Shown here in pieces: positions 10,927 through 24,000 of a stretch of 40,311 nucleotides of DNA. The notes beneath the pieces are model-generated. The model ran no database searches, was not told the origin of the DNA, and saw only the letters and a list, made by a program, of their open reading frames with translations. The translations under genes and the position numbers were made by a program. The stretch is from Amoebophrya sp. A120 (taxonomy: Eukaryota > Protista > Dinoflagellata): contig CAJINV010000002.1 in assembly GCA_905178155.1 (NCBI GenBank), positions 4,222,285 to 4,262,595 on the forward strand. Direction: 5' to 3'. Within the stretch, counting starts at the first letter, position 1. The number at the start of each line of letters is the position of its first letter.

Positions 10927-13900
10927 ATGATGTCTTCAGCATCTCACGCTGCGCCGGTCGTGGAGCCCGTGCTGATCGACGGGAAAGTTCCGAAGTACAA
11001 GATTTCCGGCGAACAGCGAAAAAAGTTGCAGAATAAGGACCTCTTCACCTCGGACCAAGACTTATGCATTGCAAATATGTCTGGGACTGGGTCTGGAAAT
11101 CTGTGATGCTGAATTGAGCATGATTGAAGCGCTTGCAATGGCAGCCAGGCATGACAAGTTTAAAAGACGCCTGCGGATGCCTACCACGCATCACAAGTTG
11201 CGTTTTTGCATGACAAAGCAAGCTCCTCTTTTGCTGCTCATGCAACACAGATTTTCCAGGACTGCAAGACACGCATCACAAGTTCCACTGTTCCAGACCC
11301 AGACATTTTTGCATTTGACAAGACCGTCGACTTGCCAACGTCTGTTTCAACGTGGCCAATGAGACGCTGATCGAAACTTCCCCGAGTAAGTATTTTCCAT
11401 CTTCCAGCTCGTCTTCCACACCATCGGGTCGTGGGCCGCGAGGTTCTACTCGATCTAGTCACGACGAGCCAAAGAAGAACTTGGTTGTGAAAGTAAAACA
11501 CCCGACCGGCGGCGCCATCGCGCAGCATGACCGGCTATCAACTGCAAATATGTCTGGGTCTGGAAGAATGCAACTTGTGATGCTGCATTTGGATTCCAAA
11601 AAGATCTGTATTGCATGAGCAGCAAAGGGAATGCGATTGTTGCTACGCGGAGAGGGTATTTGGCATGCGGAATAGCCATGAAGATGCCCTCAGAACATCT
11701 GTGCTGCTAGGGCATGCATCACAGACATCATGGCTCATGCAAAACGTGCATCACAACTATCAGAACCTTCCAGACCCAGACATATTTGCAATGCATACCG
11801 ACGCACGGAGTTTCCGCGCCGGGGCGGGGAGATGCAGCTGGAGGCGGCTGGCATCCTGTCCGAGAACCCGCGAAACCAGTCGATCCACGAAACCCGACGC
11901 GGCCGAACGCGGACGGAAATGAAAATGGAGCTGAAGGCCGACATGGTGCCGGACGTCAAGTCCTACGATTTCGACCAGGATGGCGTCGTCGGTCCCCGCG
12001 ACTTACGCACTGCAAAAGCATCGCACTCGTATTCGTATGAATGCATGACAAACCTTGTTACATAGGGATTTCAGCAAGAGAAATTTCATTTTTCATGCTG
12101 CGCATCAAATTGAAATTTGTAATGCAATTTGTAGTACGCAGTAGTACAACGATGGCGATACTTTTGCAATGCATACGGCTACTTCATCGGTCGGTATTAT
12201 GGAAGCGTCAGGATTGAAATCGTCAAAGTTGAAATAGTTTGTGATGCATAAAATGGATGCCCCCCCAGTTTCCAAGTGGCGCATGACAAATTTGGGTAGC
12301 ACCTAAATCCAGTCTGTCATGCTGTTTGGGTAAGGGCGGCGCCTTTTGTCATGCTACTTTAGCAGCTCTATTTCTACACCTCAACAGGCTCACAATCTGC
12401 CTCCCTTGCGTCCTCTGCAACAGAGACAGTTTTTGCGTTGCATTTTATGCATGACAAATCATTTCAACTTTGTCGATTTCAATCCTGACGCTTCCATAGG
12501 TATTTTGACGTGGGGAAGAAGGGGTACCTGACCCAAGAGGAGCGGAAAAAGGCGGACTTCGAGGTGAACGAGAACAATTTCCTTATCAACTGCAAAAATG
12601 TCTGGGTCTGGAAGATTATTACATTTGTCATGCATGTCTGACATGACTCGAGAATCTGTGATGCAGGGGCGCGAAAAGCCTCTCCTATCTGTCATGCAAA
12701 AACGCAGCTTCTCATGCCATGCGGAAAACGCAACGCATAGATAGCAGCTGCAGCTCGAAAATTTTTCATGCTGGGCAGCTGCGTATTGCAGTCCGGCTAT
12801 CATCAACTTTTTGCATCACAAAATTCCAGACCCACACATTTTTACAGTTGATATTCCTGGACAAGTTCAAATTCGGGTTTGACGCGACGGGGGCCGCGAA
12901 CCCCACCATGATAACCACGCAGAAAGCGGGGAAGATCATCACCTATAACAACATGGATCAGCTAGCCGACAGCTACCCGCCAAGGTACGATGTGAACTCG
13001 AAACATTACAAGAAGCCGAAACACCGCTCGAAGTCGGAAATGCGCATGGACCGGGTAGCGGACGCACGCAACGGGAACAACGAACTGTACAACAAATATT
13101 TGGAGAAAAACCCGCCACGGGTATGGATGTGTCAGGATTGAAACCGACAAAGTTGAAATGATTTGTCATGCATAAAATGCATACAGTTGGAAGCCCAATT
13201 TTCAAGCGGCGCATGACAAATTTTCGGAGCGCCGGAATCCAATTTGTCATGCTGTTTGGGCGCCGAAGACTGCTTTTGTCATGCTCCTTCAGCAGCTCTA
13301 TCCCAAACCCTGAATAGGCTCACAATCTGCCTTACTTGCAATCCCGGCAAGCCAGGCGCTTCATGCCTTGCATTTTATGCATGGCAAATCATTTCAACTT
13401 TGACGATTTCAATCCTGACAGATCCATAATGGGTCGTGGAAAAGTACACATCCACCACCTGTCTGGACGACGATGAATCGCGGAAGTCGCAGTATGAATT
13501 GCAAAAGTATCGTACTCGTATAAATGCATTACAAATTTCCTAAGCATGAGAAATAAAATTTGTAATGCGGATTTACATTAGGAGAAAGATTTGTAAATGC
13601 ATGACTGCAATTGCTACGAGTACGATACTTTTGTACAGGATACGCAGTCTCTTCCACCTATCCAGCACATTCGGGAGCGCGCGCAAGCGGACCATGAGTT
13701 GGCAAGGGTTCGGGCAGGATTGTATCAAACTTAAAAAATGTTAACGCTCACGGTCGTCTTCGCAGCAGCTAAGGCTTACAGTCACGCATGACACAGTTTG
13801 TTTTGCTACCATGCATGCTATGCAATACAGCTGTAGTGTGCTTCTGCATGCGTTATTCTCGTTGCATGCCAAATTTCGTTTAGCGTTAACAGTTCTCCTC

Positions 13901-16900
13901 GTGCGATAGATTGCTGCCGGTCCCAACAATGGTCAACGAAGAAAGGGAAAACAAAATCCCCGGTCTCGGGTAAGTCTAAGTCTCGGCATGTTGATAAGTA
14001 ATCGGTCTCAACATGATAAGTCGTGCTCGTAAGGATCCCGGTATGAAGTTAATCTTTTACAGATTCAACAGATGGGATGGCGATGGGTTTCGCTTTTAAG
14101 TGATGCTCTTCCTTCACCTTTTTTAGAAGTAAGGACAACCCGACATCATTCTATCGAATGCATCAGGTACCAGCCCCATCCGCAGATCGCAGCGTTTTCG
14201 GAAATAAAAGCGGCGCGGAAGCGTTGTCTGAAGGAAGACCTGGTCGAGCAGCGCAAGTACGGCGAAGAGAACTGCATCACCCCGCGCACGAGGAAATCCA
14301 TCTACGAAAAAAACTGCCACGACTTTCGGAAAGGCCCGCCGGGGAAACCAACGAAGACGCGATCCCTTATGGCGTTCTCAAACGTGGTTAATACATCGAC
14401 AGATCGGTGGTACGTTGAAGATGATCTTCGGGGTGACGCACAAATTATACTTCAGCACCTTTCATTTTTAATATTGCAAATGCAATATCACAAGATTATG
14501 TATTGAACAGGGATCTTCAATGTAACTACGTTTGAGAACCCCATAACACTGATGCACGAACAGCGGCGACGGGACAAAATTGAGTACGACAGAACCTACT
14601 TCGGGGAGCATGGTATACTCATTTCATAGAACTTTTAAGTACTTCGTGGTTCTTCTTGTGACTTCGACTTCGTCCTTGTCGCCAACTGTCTTTAAAAAAT
14701 TTTCACGGGTAGTAGAACTTGCCCCCAAATACCAAATGCACAATCCATGTTTCATGACCAACCACAACTAGTTTTGACGTATCATGCCACGAAACTCACA
14801 GAGCGCATCTATCACAGGAAAAAAGTGTTACGGTTACTCATTTGTTTTAATTTCAGCATCACAAATTTCCTCTGCATGGAAAAGAAAACTTGTAGTGCGG
14901 CGCAGACTATAAGGGAAAACACGAATGAAATGACGCTGGCAAGCGTTTCCTGCATGACAGAGGTTGTCTGCCTTGCTTGTCTTGCGTGAGAGTGTGTAAC
15001 TGTAACACTTTTTTCTCACGATAGCATCTTCCCCCGCTACAGTGACCAGGACGGCAAATGGTGGGAGCTGATGCGGTCTGACGTGCCGAAGCAGCCGAAG
15101 CCCACGGGGTTGAACTTGTATCCTGTGCAAAAGTATCGTACTCGTAGTGATTGCATCTATGCATTACAAATCTCCTTCTCAAGGTAAATCAGCATTACAA
15201 ATTCAATTTGTAATGCTGGGTCAATTTGTAATGCAATTTATAGCTATACTAGTACGATGCTTTTACAGTTCATAATTTGCTGCCCGACTTGAAAATCACG
15301 GAGTCGGTGATTCCAGACGCGTTACAGGTGCCACCCGAAGCCGCTTTGCAAGACGAATACCAGTACCCAGTGCAAAAGTATCGTACTCGTAGTAATTGCA
15401 GTTATGCATTACAAACCTTTTTCCTAAGGTCAATCAGCACTACAAATTCCATTCCTCATGCTGAAATTTGTAATGCAATTCATGCTAGTACGATGCTTTT
15501 GCAATTCATAACCAGCCGGCGACACTGCTGAATTCGTCGGACACGAAGCAGTATGAACTGCAAAAGTATCGTATTCCTATAAATGCATGACAAATTTGAA
15601 TTTCCTCAGCATGAGAAATAAAATTTGTCATGCTGATTTAGCTGAGGAACAAGATTTGTAATGCATGTTTGCAATTAGTACGACACGAGTACGATACTTT
15701 TGCAGTTCATAAGCAGCCAGCAATGAAGATCAAGGCTGAAATCTCGCTTCCGCCTTTATGTTGACGGTGCACAACTCCTCCTCCCCCTCATTTGTCATGC
15801 AAAAACCCAAAACCAGTTGCTACCTTGTGGTACCGCGTTGTACATGACAAATTCTGGTGAAAATCGGAACAGTACGACGCTCCTCGACGCATGAACTTGT
15901 CATGCACAAAGTCCACCTGTACTGGTGTTTGTAATGCTGCTGATGCCATACTTACAAATGAGGGGGAGTGGTAAGAGTTGTGCACTTTCATAGCCCCTGT
16001 ACAAGAAGCACTACCTGGGAGTGCCGGAAAAGAACCAGCGGCGGTTGTTTGTATCAGAGTGCATCAATAATCCCCCTTGTCCTCGTTTGTCATGGAAACT
16101 CCCCAATCCAGTTGCTCCTGCCTTGTGGCACTAATGACATGACAAACTGTTCCGGAAGCCCCAACAGTGCCGCAGTCGGAGCATGATGGATTTGTCATGC
16201 CGAGGCCCCACCTGTGCTGGTGTTTGTATTGCTGTTCATGCCATTTATACAATTTATCACAGGGGCAGTTGTGCACTCGGATAGTGTGACGTGATCACCG
16301 ACAAGAAAAACGAGATGAAGTTTAACACCAAGGATTTGGACGAGAACCACTTGTATCAAATGCAAATATGTCTGGGTCTCTGTGGAAGAGTTGTAACTTG
16401 TGCTGCTGCTTTTGGATTCTAAAAAATAAAAAACCTGTATTGCCTGAGCAGCAAGAGGAGTCCACTTTTTGCTACGCGGGGAGTGGAGTTCTCATGCTGG
16501 ATAGGCATCAAGAAGGACTCAGAAAATCTGTGATGCTAGGGCACACATCAAGACGTCTTGGGTCATGTGAAATGTGCATGACAAACAGTCACACCCTTCC
16601 AGACGCACACATATTTGCATTTGATAACTTGAACACGCAATCCTCGATGCAGTCGATTCGGGAAAACTCTCGCGAGAAACGGAAAAAGGACCACCTGTGG
16701 AACATGAAACACGGCACCATTTCGGAGTTGAGTCCGAAAAACGCCAACAACTCGCTCCACTCCACCATGTCTAACAGCAATAGCGTGCTGGACAAAACGC
16801 AAAATGACCAACTGAAAAACACCACGCTGAGCATCTACCACAAGCAAGAAAAGCATTCCACATCCGGTGCAGGTGGTAATAGTAGTGATGGTGGCCACGG

Positions 16901-19044
16901 GAATGGAAAGAACGCACGGGGGAATAACAAGTCCCGGAGTTCGAAAAACAGCAACAATTCGAGCGTGCTGATATGCATTGCAAAAGTAGCGTTCTAGTAT
17001 AAATTGCATCACAAATTTTATTTCCAAAAGGAAAAAAGGAATTTGTAATGCTGATTCACCTGAAAAGGGAGATTTGTAATGTATGACTGCAACTTCTACT
17101 ACCTGTACCTACGACTACGAGCGCGATGCTTTTGCGTAGGATAGCTGAACAACGTTCGCAACTCCGACTACTCCTCCGTCCGCAGTTCCGCGGGGAAAAA
17201 CAGTCTCATTCTGGAGACCAACGCCGGTAGTCTGCGCAGCCAGAGCTCGGGCATGAACACGCGCAACCAGAGTCAGCGACCCAGCTACATGATGCACAAC
17301 AGCACTTCTATGGCCCCAACGTTGTTGGAAAACACCGGGGGGTCAGGCGCTTCGCACAACGAAATGATATGAATTGCAAAAATGTCTGGGTCTGGAAGAA
17401 TGCAAGCTTGTCATGCTTGTCTCACATGACTCTTAAATTTGTCATGCACATTACCCAAGACCCCCATTTTGATTTTTCTGTCATGCAGAAACGCAGTCTG
17501 TCATGCAGAATAGGCAACACCAAGAAGCTCAGAAACTTGTCATGCTGAGCCAGCACTTGTAGCCTCCTCATGATACGCCGCCCAGTATTACAAGTTTCCA
17601 GACCCAGACATTTTTACAGTTGATAAATGAACAACAATAACAACTCTGCGAGTAGCTCCGTATACAACACGAACGTACCTATGCAATGCAAAACTATCGT
17701 CCTAGTATAAATTGCATGACAGATCTTTCCTAGAAGAAAAATGAAATTTGTCATGCAGATTCAGGTAAGGAAGGAGATCTGTAATGCTAGACTCGCATTA
17801 TTTATACGAGTACGATACTTTTGCACAGGATAGTACCGAAAAGAAACAAGCTGCTGACCGACAAAACCATTGTGCAAACAGTCGCGAATGCGCCGGTGCG
17901 GGGGACACTGCCGCAACCTTCCCCACCACCGCCCCCGCAGCCCACAAATTTGGTGGAACACCAGCGGAGTCTTTCTGCGACGGCGGGGACAGCAGGAGGT
18001 GGAACTACACATAACAACTATCAGATGAACTATTCCATCCCGAATTCGAGCCGGGCGTCGAGTCGGAGTATATCCATTGCAAAAGTATCGCACTCGTATT
18101 GCAGTCATGCATTACAAATCTTTTTGTCGAGGTAAATCCGCATTACAAATTTGATTTCTCATGCTGAGGAAACTTGTAATGCATTTATGCGATTACGATA
18201 CTTTTGCCATGCATAGAGTAAGAGGACCAGCAATTTGGACAATACGCAGATCTCCTCTATCGATAACAACAGCAGGCTGAACACGGGGTACACTCAGGCG
18301 ACCAGCACTGCCGGGATGAACTACGACCCAAGCGGAAATGGTATCAATTCCCGGGCGATCGTGCAGCACTACAACCTGATTACCAAGGTGACGCCCGCGA
18401 AAGTAAACACGGTGATGCACAAGGAACCAGTGCACGCGCCCGCCATGCTGGGAGCAGGCGGCTCGTATTTTTCCCCTGGAAGCTTAGGAGGTCGCGGAGA
18501 TGTTGAGCCCCGTGGTCATTTTCAGAGTGCCGCGAGTAACATGAAGCAAACGAAAAATAAGCCCAACGACCGGGCGAAGAGCACGCCGAATATGTTGGCA
18601 GGTGGGAACAAGGCGGGAAATAACAACAGCAGCAGTATGAATAAACCGAGCTACTATCCGAATGCAAACTCCCCGGCAAAAATTGCGGCGACTGCGGTGC
18701 TATCAAATGGAAATAAGTCTGGGTCTGGAAGAATGCAAGTTTGTCATGCTTGTCTGGCATGACTCATAAATCTGTAATGCCTGAGCTGGAAAATGGCCGC
18801 CTGCCTGTCATGCAAAAACGCAGTTTGCCATGCGGAAAACGAACCACAGTAGTAGTTGAAAAATTTGTCATGCGTGGCTGCGTATTGCAGTCCCGTCCGC
18901 CCACCAGTCACATTTTAGCATCGCAAGTTTCCAGACCCAGACACTTTGTTTTGCAGTTCATAGGTCCGGGCCGGCGGGTTCGTGCATGACGTCTACCCGA
19001 TTCCCGAAAATTTTATGTTTGGTGACGAGAATAAATATAGGTAG
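10927..19044 (+). CDS. Gene 2: EF-hand-pair protein with Asn/Ser-rich C-terminus; 21 introners plus 2 GT-AG introns
   Basis: Continuous frame from ATG 10927 to TAG 19042-19044 after splicing. It includes YDFDQDGVVGPRDYFIGRYFDVGKKGYLTQEERKKA (two EF-hand-like loops assembled across two introners) and ends VRAGGFVHDVYPIPENFMFGDENKYR*. Confidence 0.8.
11063..11320. mobile_element. Introner family A
   Basis: TIR, ends ACA; DR agact/agacc. Confidence 0.85.
11536..11797. mobile_element. Introner family A
   Basis: TIR; DR ccggc/ccgac. Confidence 0.9.
12004..12175. mobile_element. Introner family B
   Basis: TAC start; DR cgact/cggct. Confidence 0.85.
12198..12498. mobile_element. Introner family C
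   Basis: ~38-bp TIR TATGGAAGCGTCAGGATTGAAATCG..; DR ggtat/ggtat. Confidence 0.9.
12584..12853. mobile_element. Introner family A
   Basis: TIR; DR ttcct/ttcct. Confidence 0.9.
13122..13428. mobile_element. Introner family C
   Basis: TIR; DR acggg/atggg. Confidence 0.9.
13493..13642. mobile_element. Introner family B
   Basis: TIR; DR cgcag/cgcag. Confidence 0.9.
13723..13908. mobile_element. Introner (singleton)
   Basis: TGTTAACGCT/AGCGTTAACA inner TIR; DR gattg/gattg. Confidence 0.85.
13970..14166 (+). other. Canonical GT-AG spliceosomal intron
   Basis: GG|GTAAGT...CATCAG|G joins KIPGL-G-YQPHPQ in frame. Confidence 0.75.
14368..14545. mobile_element. Introner family D
   Basis: TIR; DR tccct/acact. 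Confidence 0.85.
14613..14771 (+). other. Canonical GT-AG spliceosomal intron
   Basis: G|GTATAC...CAACTAG|TT removes an in-frame TAG and joins FGEH-V-LTYHAT. The acceptor choice is inferred. Confidence 0.6.
14810..15023. mobile_element. Introner family H
   Basis: TIR; DR gcatc/gcatc. Confidence 0.9.
15119..15274. mobile_element. Introner family B (reverse orientation)
   Basis: TIR; DR acttg/atttg. Confidence 0.9.
15364..15510. mobile_element. Introner family B (reverse orientation)
   Basis: TAC start; DR accag/accag. Confidence 0.9.
15552..15711. mobile_element. Introner family B
   Basis: TIR; DR agcag/agcag. Confidence 0.9.
15757..15992. mobile_element. Introner family G
   Basis: GTGCACAACTC / GAGTTGTGCAC; DR gcctt/gcccc. 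Confidence 0.85.
16052..16283. mobile_element. Introner family G
   Basis: TIR; DR gtttg/gtgtg. Confidence 0.85.
16354..16626. mobile_element. Introner family A
   Basis: TIR; DR acttg/acttg. Confidence 0.9.
16972..17143. mobile_element. Introner family B
   Basis: TIR; DR gctga/gctga. Confidence 0.9.
17368..17625. mobile_element. Introner family A
   Basis: TIR; DR aatga/aatga. Confidence 0.9.
17680..17832. mobile_element. Introner family B
   Basis: TIR; DR gtacc/gtacc. Confidence 0.9.
18071..18215. mobile_element. Introner family B (reverse orientation)
   Basis: TIR; DR gagta/gagta. Confidence 0.9.
18701..18962. mobile_element. Introner family A
   Basis: TIR; DR ggtgc/ggtcc. Confidence 0.9.
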
Positions 19045-21057
19045 GTCTTCTTGTTTGATGCTGCAGCCACTGCTGTACTTTTCTTGCCTGAGCTTGTGTT
19101 TTAAAGTGAAGAACGTAAGAGCGAGATTCGAGAAGTAGAGGCGTCAAGTAGAAGAAAAAGATCTGTCATGCTGCCTCGGTACGTTTTTTACAAAGAAGTG
19201 TAGTTCATGTTGTAATAAAAAATCAATAAAATGTGTCTTGTTGCATGCAGCAGCAAGAAGTACTAGACCACGAGAATTTTTACGCCTGCATACCACACGG
19301 AAAACTAGTCATGGATGATGGAAAGCACCACCCTTGGTAAAAAAAATCTTCGGGCGAGAATTATCGAGGCGATTTTTGTCATGGAGAAGCTGCAACGTGA
19401 CTGTAGTTTGCGTTGCACGTCGTTGAGATTGGTCTGAATGTACTTCAAGCAAAGGAAATACGACGATACAACAGACACTAAACGCTCAAAGAATTATTTG
19501 AAGTCCTCTTCTAGATCGTGTTTGTCCAAAGCATACACTATGTTTGAAGCTGTACTAATGTTTCTAGTAGTGCGAGTGCTACTGCTACTTCGCTTGTTAC
19601 CACCTTGTTTTCATTGCTTTTTGAATTGTAGTTTTCACAGAAGATTATTCACATGAACCTGTCCACGAAAGTTTGTTTGTTTGTTTGTTTGAGTATCTAC
19701 TAGCTTGTCTTTGCATTTTTTTATGTAATTTGTTATGCTAAATTTGTCTTTGAGTTGTTTCACAAACTAACACTGTAGCTTGCCTTGTTTTGTTTCGCAG
19801 ATATTTTTTGATGCTCTGTATCATCACCTTGTTTTTATTGACTTTGCAACCAGTTTGACTTTGAATTTGAAATATTGACTTGCGCACACGACTCCTCGCT
19901 TTGAAGACGAGTTTACAACTGTAAAATACGTGTTATGACACCGACTTGATTTTTGATTCAATTTGACAACTTATAACTTCGGACTTTTCTTAAATGAAAA
20001 TGACAGAATCTCGATCCATTTTTACAACAACAAACTTCGCGATAGTTGTCAGTTTTTGTTGTCGCAAGTGGTCGTTGATTTGTTGGCAAAACTTTCGCGC
20101 TGTCGCGTTGTATTATTTAGCGCTGTCCTGTACAGAAGATATTGAAAAGAACATGGAAGATCAAACACGATCACGACACTTGTTGCATTAGCGCAGCCTG
20201 ACGACAGCAGCTTTTGCAACTAGGAATTGAAAGATGAAATTTCCGAAACAACTACGTTTGCTTTTGCTATTCAGCATCAACTGTACATAATAATCGGCGA
20301 AAGCCACCACGACCTAGCAGATTCATTCTGCGTGCGGCCTCTTTGAAGCTGCAATAACTTCAGGGACTAGAATGTGTTGGTAAGAAAAAGACCACATATT
20401 GATACTGGAAGTCGCGCCTGGCCGAGCAGAAAAGTTACGGTTACCAAGAACCCCTTACAAATAAAATTGCTCGCATCATTTTCATTTCTACCCCAGGACC
20501 ACACTGGCGGGGCCCGCTCGGAGACGGTTTTTTTTGCTCTTTGCCTTCTTTTTCCGGTTCATTTTCACGCAAATTGCATTTTAATAATTTTGCTTCCTCG
20601 CATGTTGACCCCCAAACCAGGCCTCGTAGAAGTTCACACATGTCTTCACCACGTGCCAACAAGCACTACCTTAACCTTTTATTCCTACGAACGGAGGAGC
20701 GGCTACTTGGACCTCCTCGCTTCATCTACTTTGCGACAGCAGTGACTCGCGACTTTTTTGTAGCTTTTCACGAAAATGGATGAACCCATATTTTCACTTT
20801 TCATTTTGCGGAGTAAGGCCACAGGACAGCACCACAACAGTTGGCATGGATGGGCATACTCACTCGGGGGGGGCGAATGTTAGTTTCTCTTAAGTATCCA
20901 AGAATATTAGCTGCGGTCAACATCCCTGTCGTTGTCCTCCTGCTCACCTCCTCTTGTAGCTCGATAAGTTTTTGTCGTAGAGCTGCAGAACTCCCTGACC
21001 CTGGCTGTAGAAAAAATAAGCGAAAGCATGTATGAGCTCATGTCTAATTTTTCTGCC

Positions 21058-24000
21058 ATGATCTACAATATTTTTTTTTGAAAATAAATGGACGAGAGCC
21101 GGGTCATCTTCAAAGTCTTCGACCAGTAGCACTGGGTCGACCTCCGGCGTGCCGCTCCACCCGCAACACTTAAATAACCCTTCTGCCGGCAACAGCGTCT
21201 ACACAACGGCAACATCGTCCGGCAAGATGAATGCAGCCTCCTCGTCCTCCTCCAGCTGCAGGCCCCCACCGCCCAAGACGAAAGCCCCGAATCCGCCACT
21301 GAGAAGTTGTGTTAAACATCAAGTGATGGCTATCGCAAGAAAAAACTATTTCACTGGAAACTTGTAATGCAGAAAATGTATATGAATGAGAACTGTTTCT
21401 CTTGCTACAAGACAATGGCTGTTTAGCTGTGTTTTCCCGTAGGAATCTCGCATGGCAAATTTTCCCTGTGATGTAGAACAAACTTGTGGTGCAAAACTTG
21501 CAAAACCCTTACAGTGAAGCACTTTTTTCATACGATAATGGCCGCAAAAAACACCGTCGAGCTCATCGACTACTGGTCGGGAAACCCCGCGGTCGCGCTG
21601 GTGGAGGGGGTCCTGAAGTGTAAGGAGTGGGTGGAGGACGAAACTTTTCCAAAGCTTCACAGCGAAGATTTGTTCGACAATCTTCCCGAAGATGCCGGGA
21701 CGAGGAGCAAGCAGCTGATTGTGGAGAAGATCGGGGCGGTGAAGCCCTATGAGAGTGCACAACTCCCCCTCCCCCTTATTTGTGTTGCATGAACAGCAAC
21801 ACAAGCGCTGGATAAGATACAGCTTTTGCATGACAAATTCCTAGTGGATTATAGTGCTGTTTTGGATGCCGGCATCTGTCATGCAAACAGTGCTAACAGG
21901 CAAGGGGTGGATTTGGAATTTTGCATGACAAATGAGGGGGGGGAATTGTGCACTTTCATAAACCCCCGCCAGGGTTGATAAACCCGAACAACCCGAGTTA
22001 TGGGATTCTCAAACGTTACATTCTCAACTGTGACATGAATTTGTCGTGCAAAACTACCATGAACCACCAGACAATCAAGCCACCTGGCATGACAAATCCC
22101 CGAAGGGCTAAACAGCGCCTAAATCTGTGCCGGAGTTGTGATGCGAGAGTTGCAAGCTTGCCCCTTTCACTGTTGCGGTTCTTGCATCACAAATTTATGT
22201 AACAGTTCAGAATGTCACGTTTGAGAACGCCATACGAGTAACAGCCTGGTGCTGTTATGCTCCAACGTGCCGAACGTGCTCACCCCGTCGGAGTTTTGCA
22301 CCAAATGGATGCATATCAACTGCAAATTATATGTCTGGGTCTGGAAGAATGCAGGTTTGTCATGCTTGTGCGGCATGAGTCTGAAGTCTGTGATGCAGGC
22401 GCAGGAAAATTTGGGCCTCTTGCCTCTCATGCAAAAACGCAGCTTGTCATGCGAAAAACGAAACACACAGCAGCGCAAAAACTTTTCATGCTGGGCTGCA
22501 TATTGCAGTGCGCCCACAATTCGCAGATTTGCATCATAAGTTTCCGGACTCAGACATATTTGCATTTGATAATGCACATGCGCACCAACGTGTTCCAATT
22601 CACAAGGGTACTACACGGGAAGAAGCCCCAGTACTACATGCTTCTGATGGCACTGCGACCGGAAATCACCCCGAGACAGGCCAACCTGCTGTTGCGCGAG
22701 TACAGGAAGAAGCCGTATTTTGGAACAGCGGGAGGTGCGGCTGGACCTCCATTTTTACACCACCAGCAAATTGCAGCAGGCGGTGGTACTAGAGCGGTAG
22801 GGCGGTTACTAGATAGCGACAGGAACTACAACTACGGCCACGATATAACAATGGATAATTCTCGTGCTACTTCAAAGTGGGAAATGCCCAGCCTCCACTA
22901 CGTGTTCGAAGCGACGGTGATGGTAAGCCAGAACCGAATTTCCTCCGCAGCGTCGCCAGCCCCAGCACCACCCACTGACCCGCAGCTGCTGATGAGTTAC
23001 ATGAAATCCCCAAGAGTGAACGTCACTAGTTCGCTATGCAAGAAAAAAACTGTGTCAGTGTAATTTTTTGTTGCAGACGATGCAAGACACTTACGACTGT
23101 CATGCTGGACATGCATCAGTGGCTCTTTTCGTACGTCGTCTTTTCACTTACTAGGTACGCATGACAGGTTTTCTCTGTCATGCAGAGCAAACTTGTGACG
23201 CTATTCCTCCAAGAAAGTTACACTTACACAGTTTTTTTCTTCAATATTCGCCTTTCTTAGACCTGTTTCCGCAGCTGCTTAGCAGCAGTAGTGCCACGAC
23301 TGCCGGCGGAGCAGGACAGCAAAACATCAACAGTGCGGGAGGCGGTGTACCACCCTGTTCGTCTTCGCAGAGCATCTCTCTACCAAGTTCAACCTCGCCG
23401 GCAGGAGCTCTGGCAGCGACTGGAAGCAGTGGTGCCGTCGTTTGGGGACAGCATCACGTCGTGGGAGGTACTATTGGATCCTCCTCGGCAACCTCATCTT
23501 GTTGTTCGCCACGAGAACAAGTGGACGAGATGAGGGTGCAACAAGACCTAGTGGTAACATCAAATGCGGAACAAGATGAACTCCTGCAGGAAACTACCGC
23601 AAATAGAAATTCTTCAGAACAAGATGCAGGTGGAGCTATTAATTATCAGGTCAACATGACCTTAACCGGCTTCGAAGACGAGGAGGGAGATGCTGGTTGC
23701 GACGGGCGGGGCGAAAATACTTCTAGCAACTACAATTTTCATGATCACACAACTTCGTCTGGCGACCACATCGACATCCCCCCGCTCCGGCACCCACACC
23801 CCGAATACGCGGGTGCAGTGGGTGGTCAGGTAGTTGCTGCGGTTGTTCCAGGAAGTTCTTGTGCAAGTAGTACAACGTTATCCTCTGCTTTGCAACAGCA
23901 GGTCCAAGTCCAACACCAGCAACCGCAACAGCAGCCCCCGAAAGAAAACCTCTTGGTCCTTCCCCCTTCCGCCGAGTGTATGGTTTGTCTGGAAACCTTA

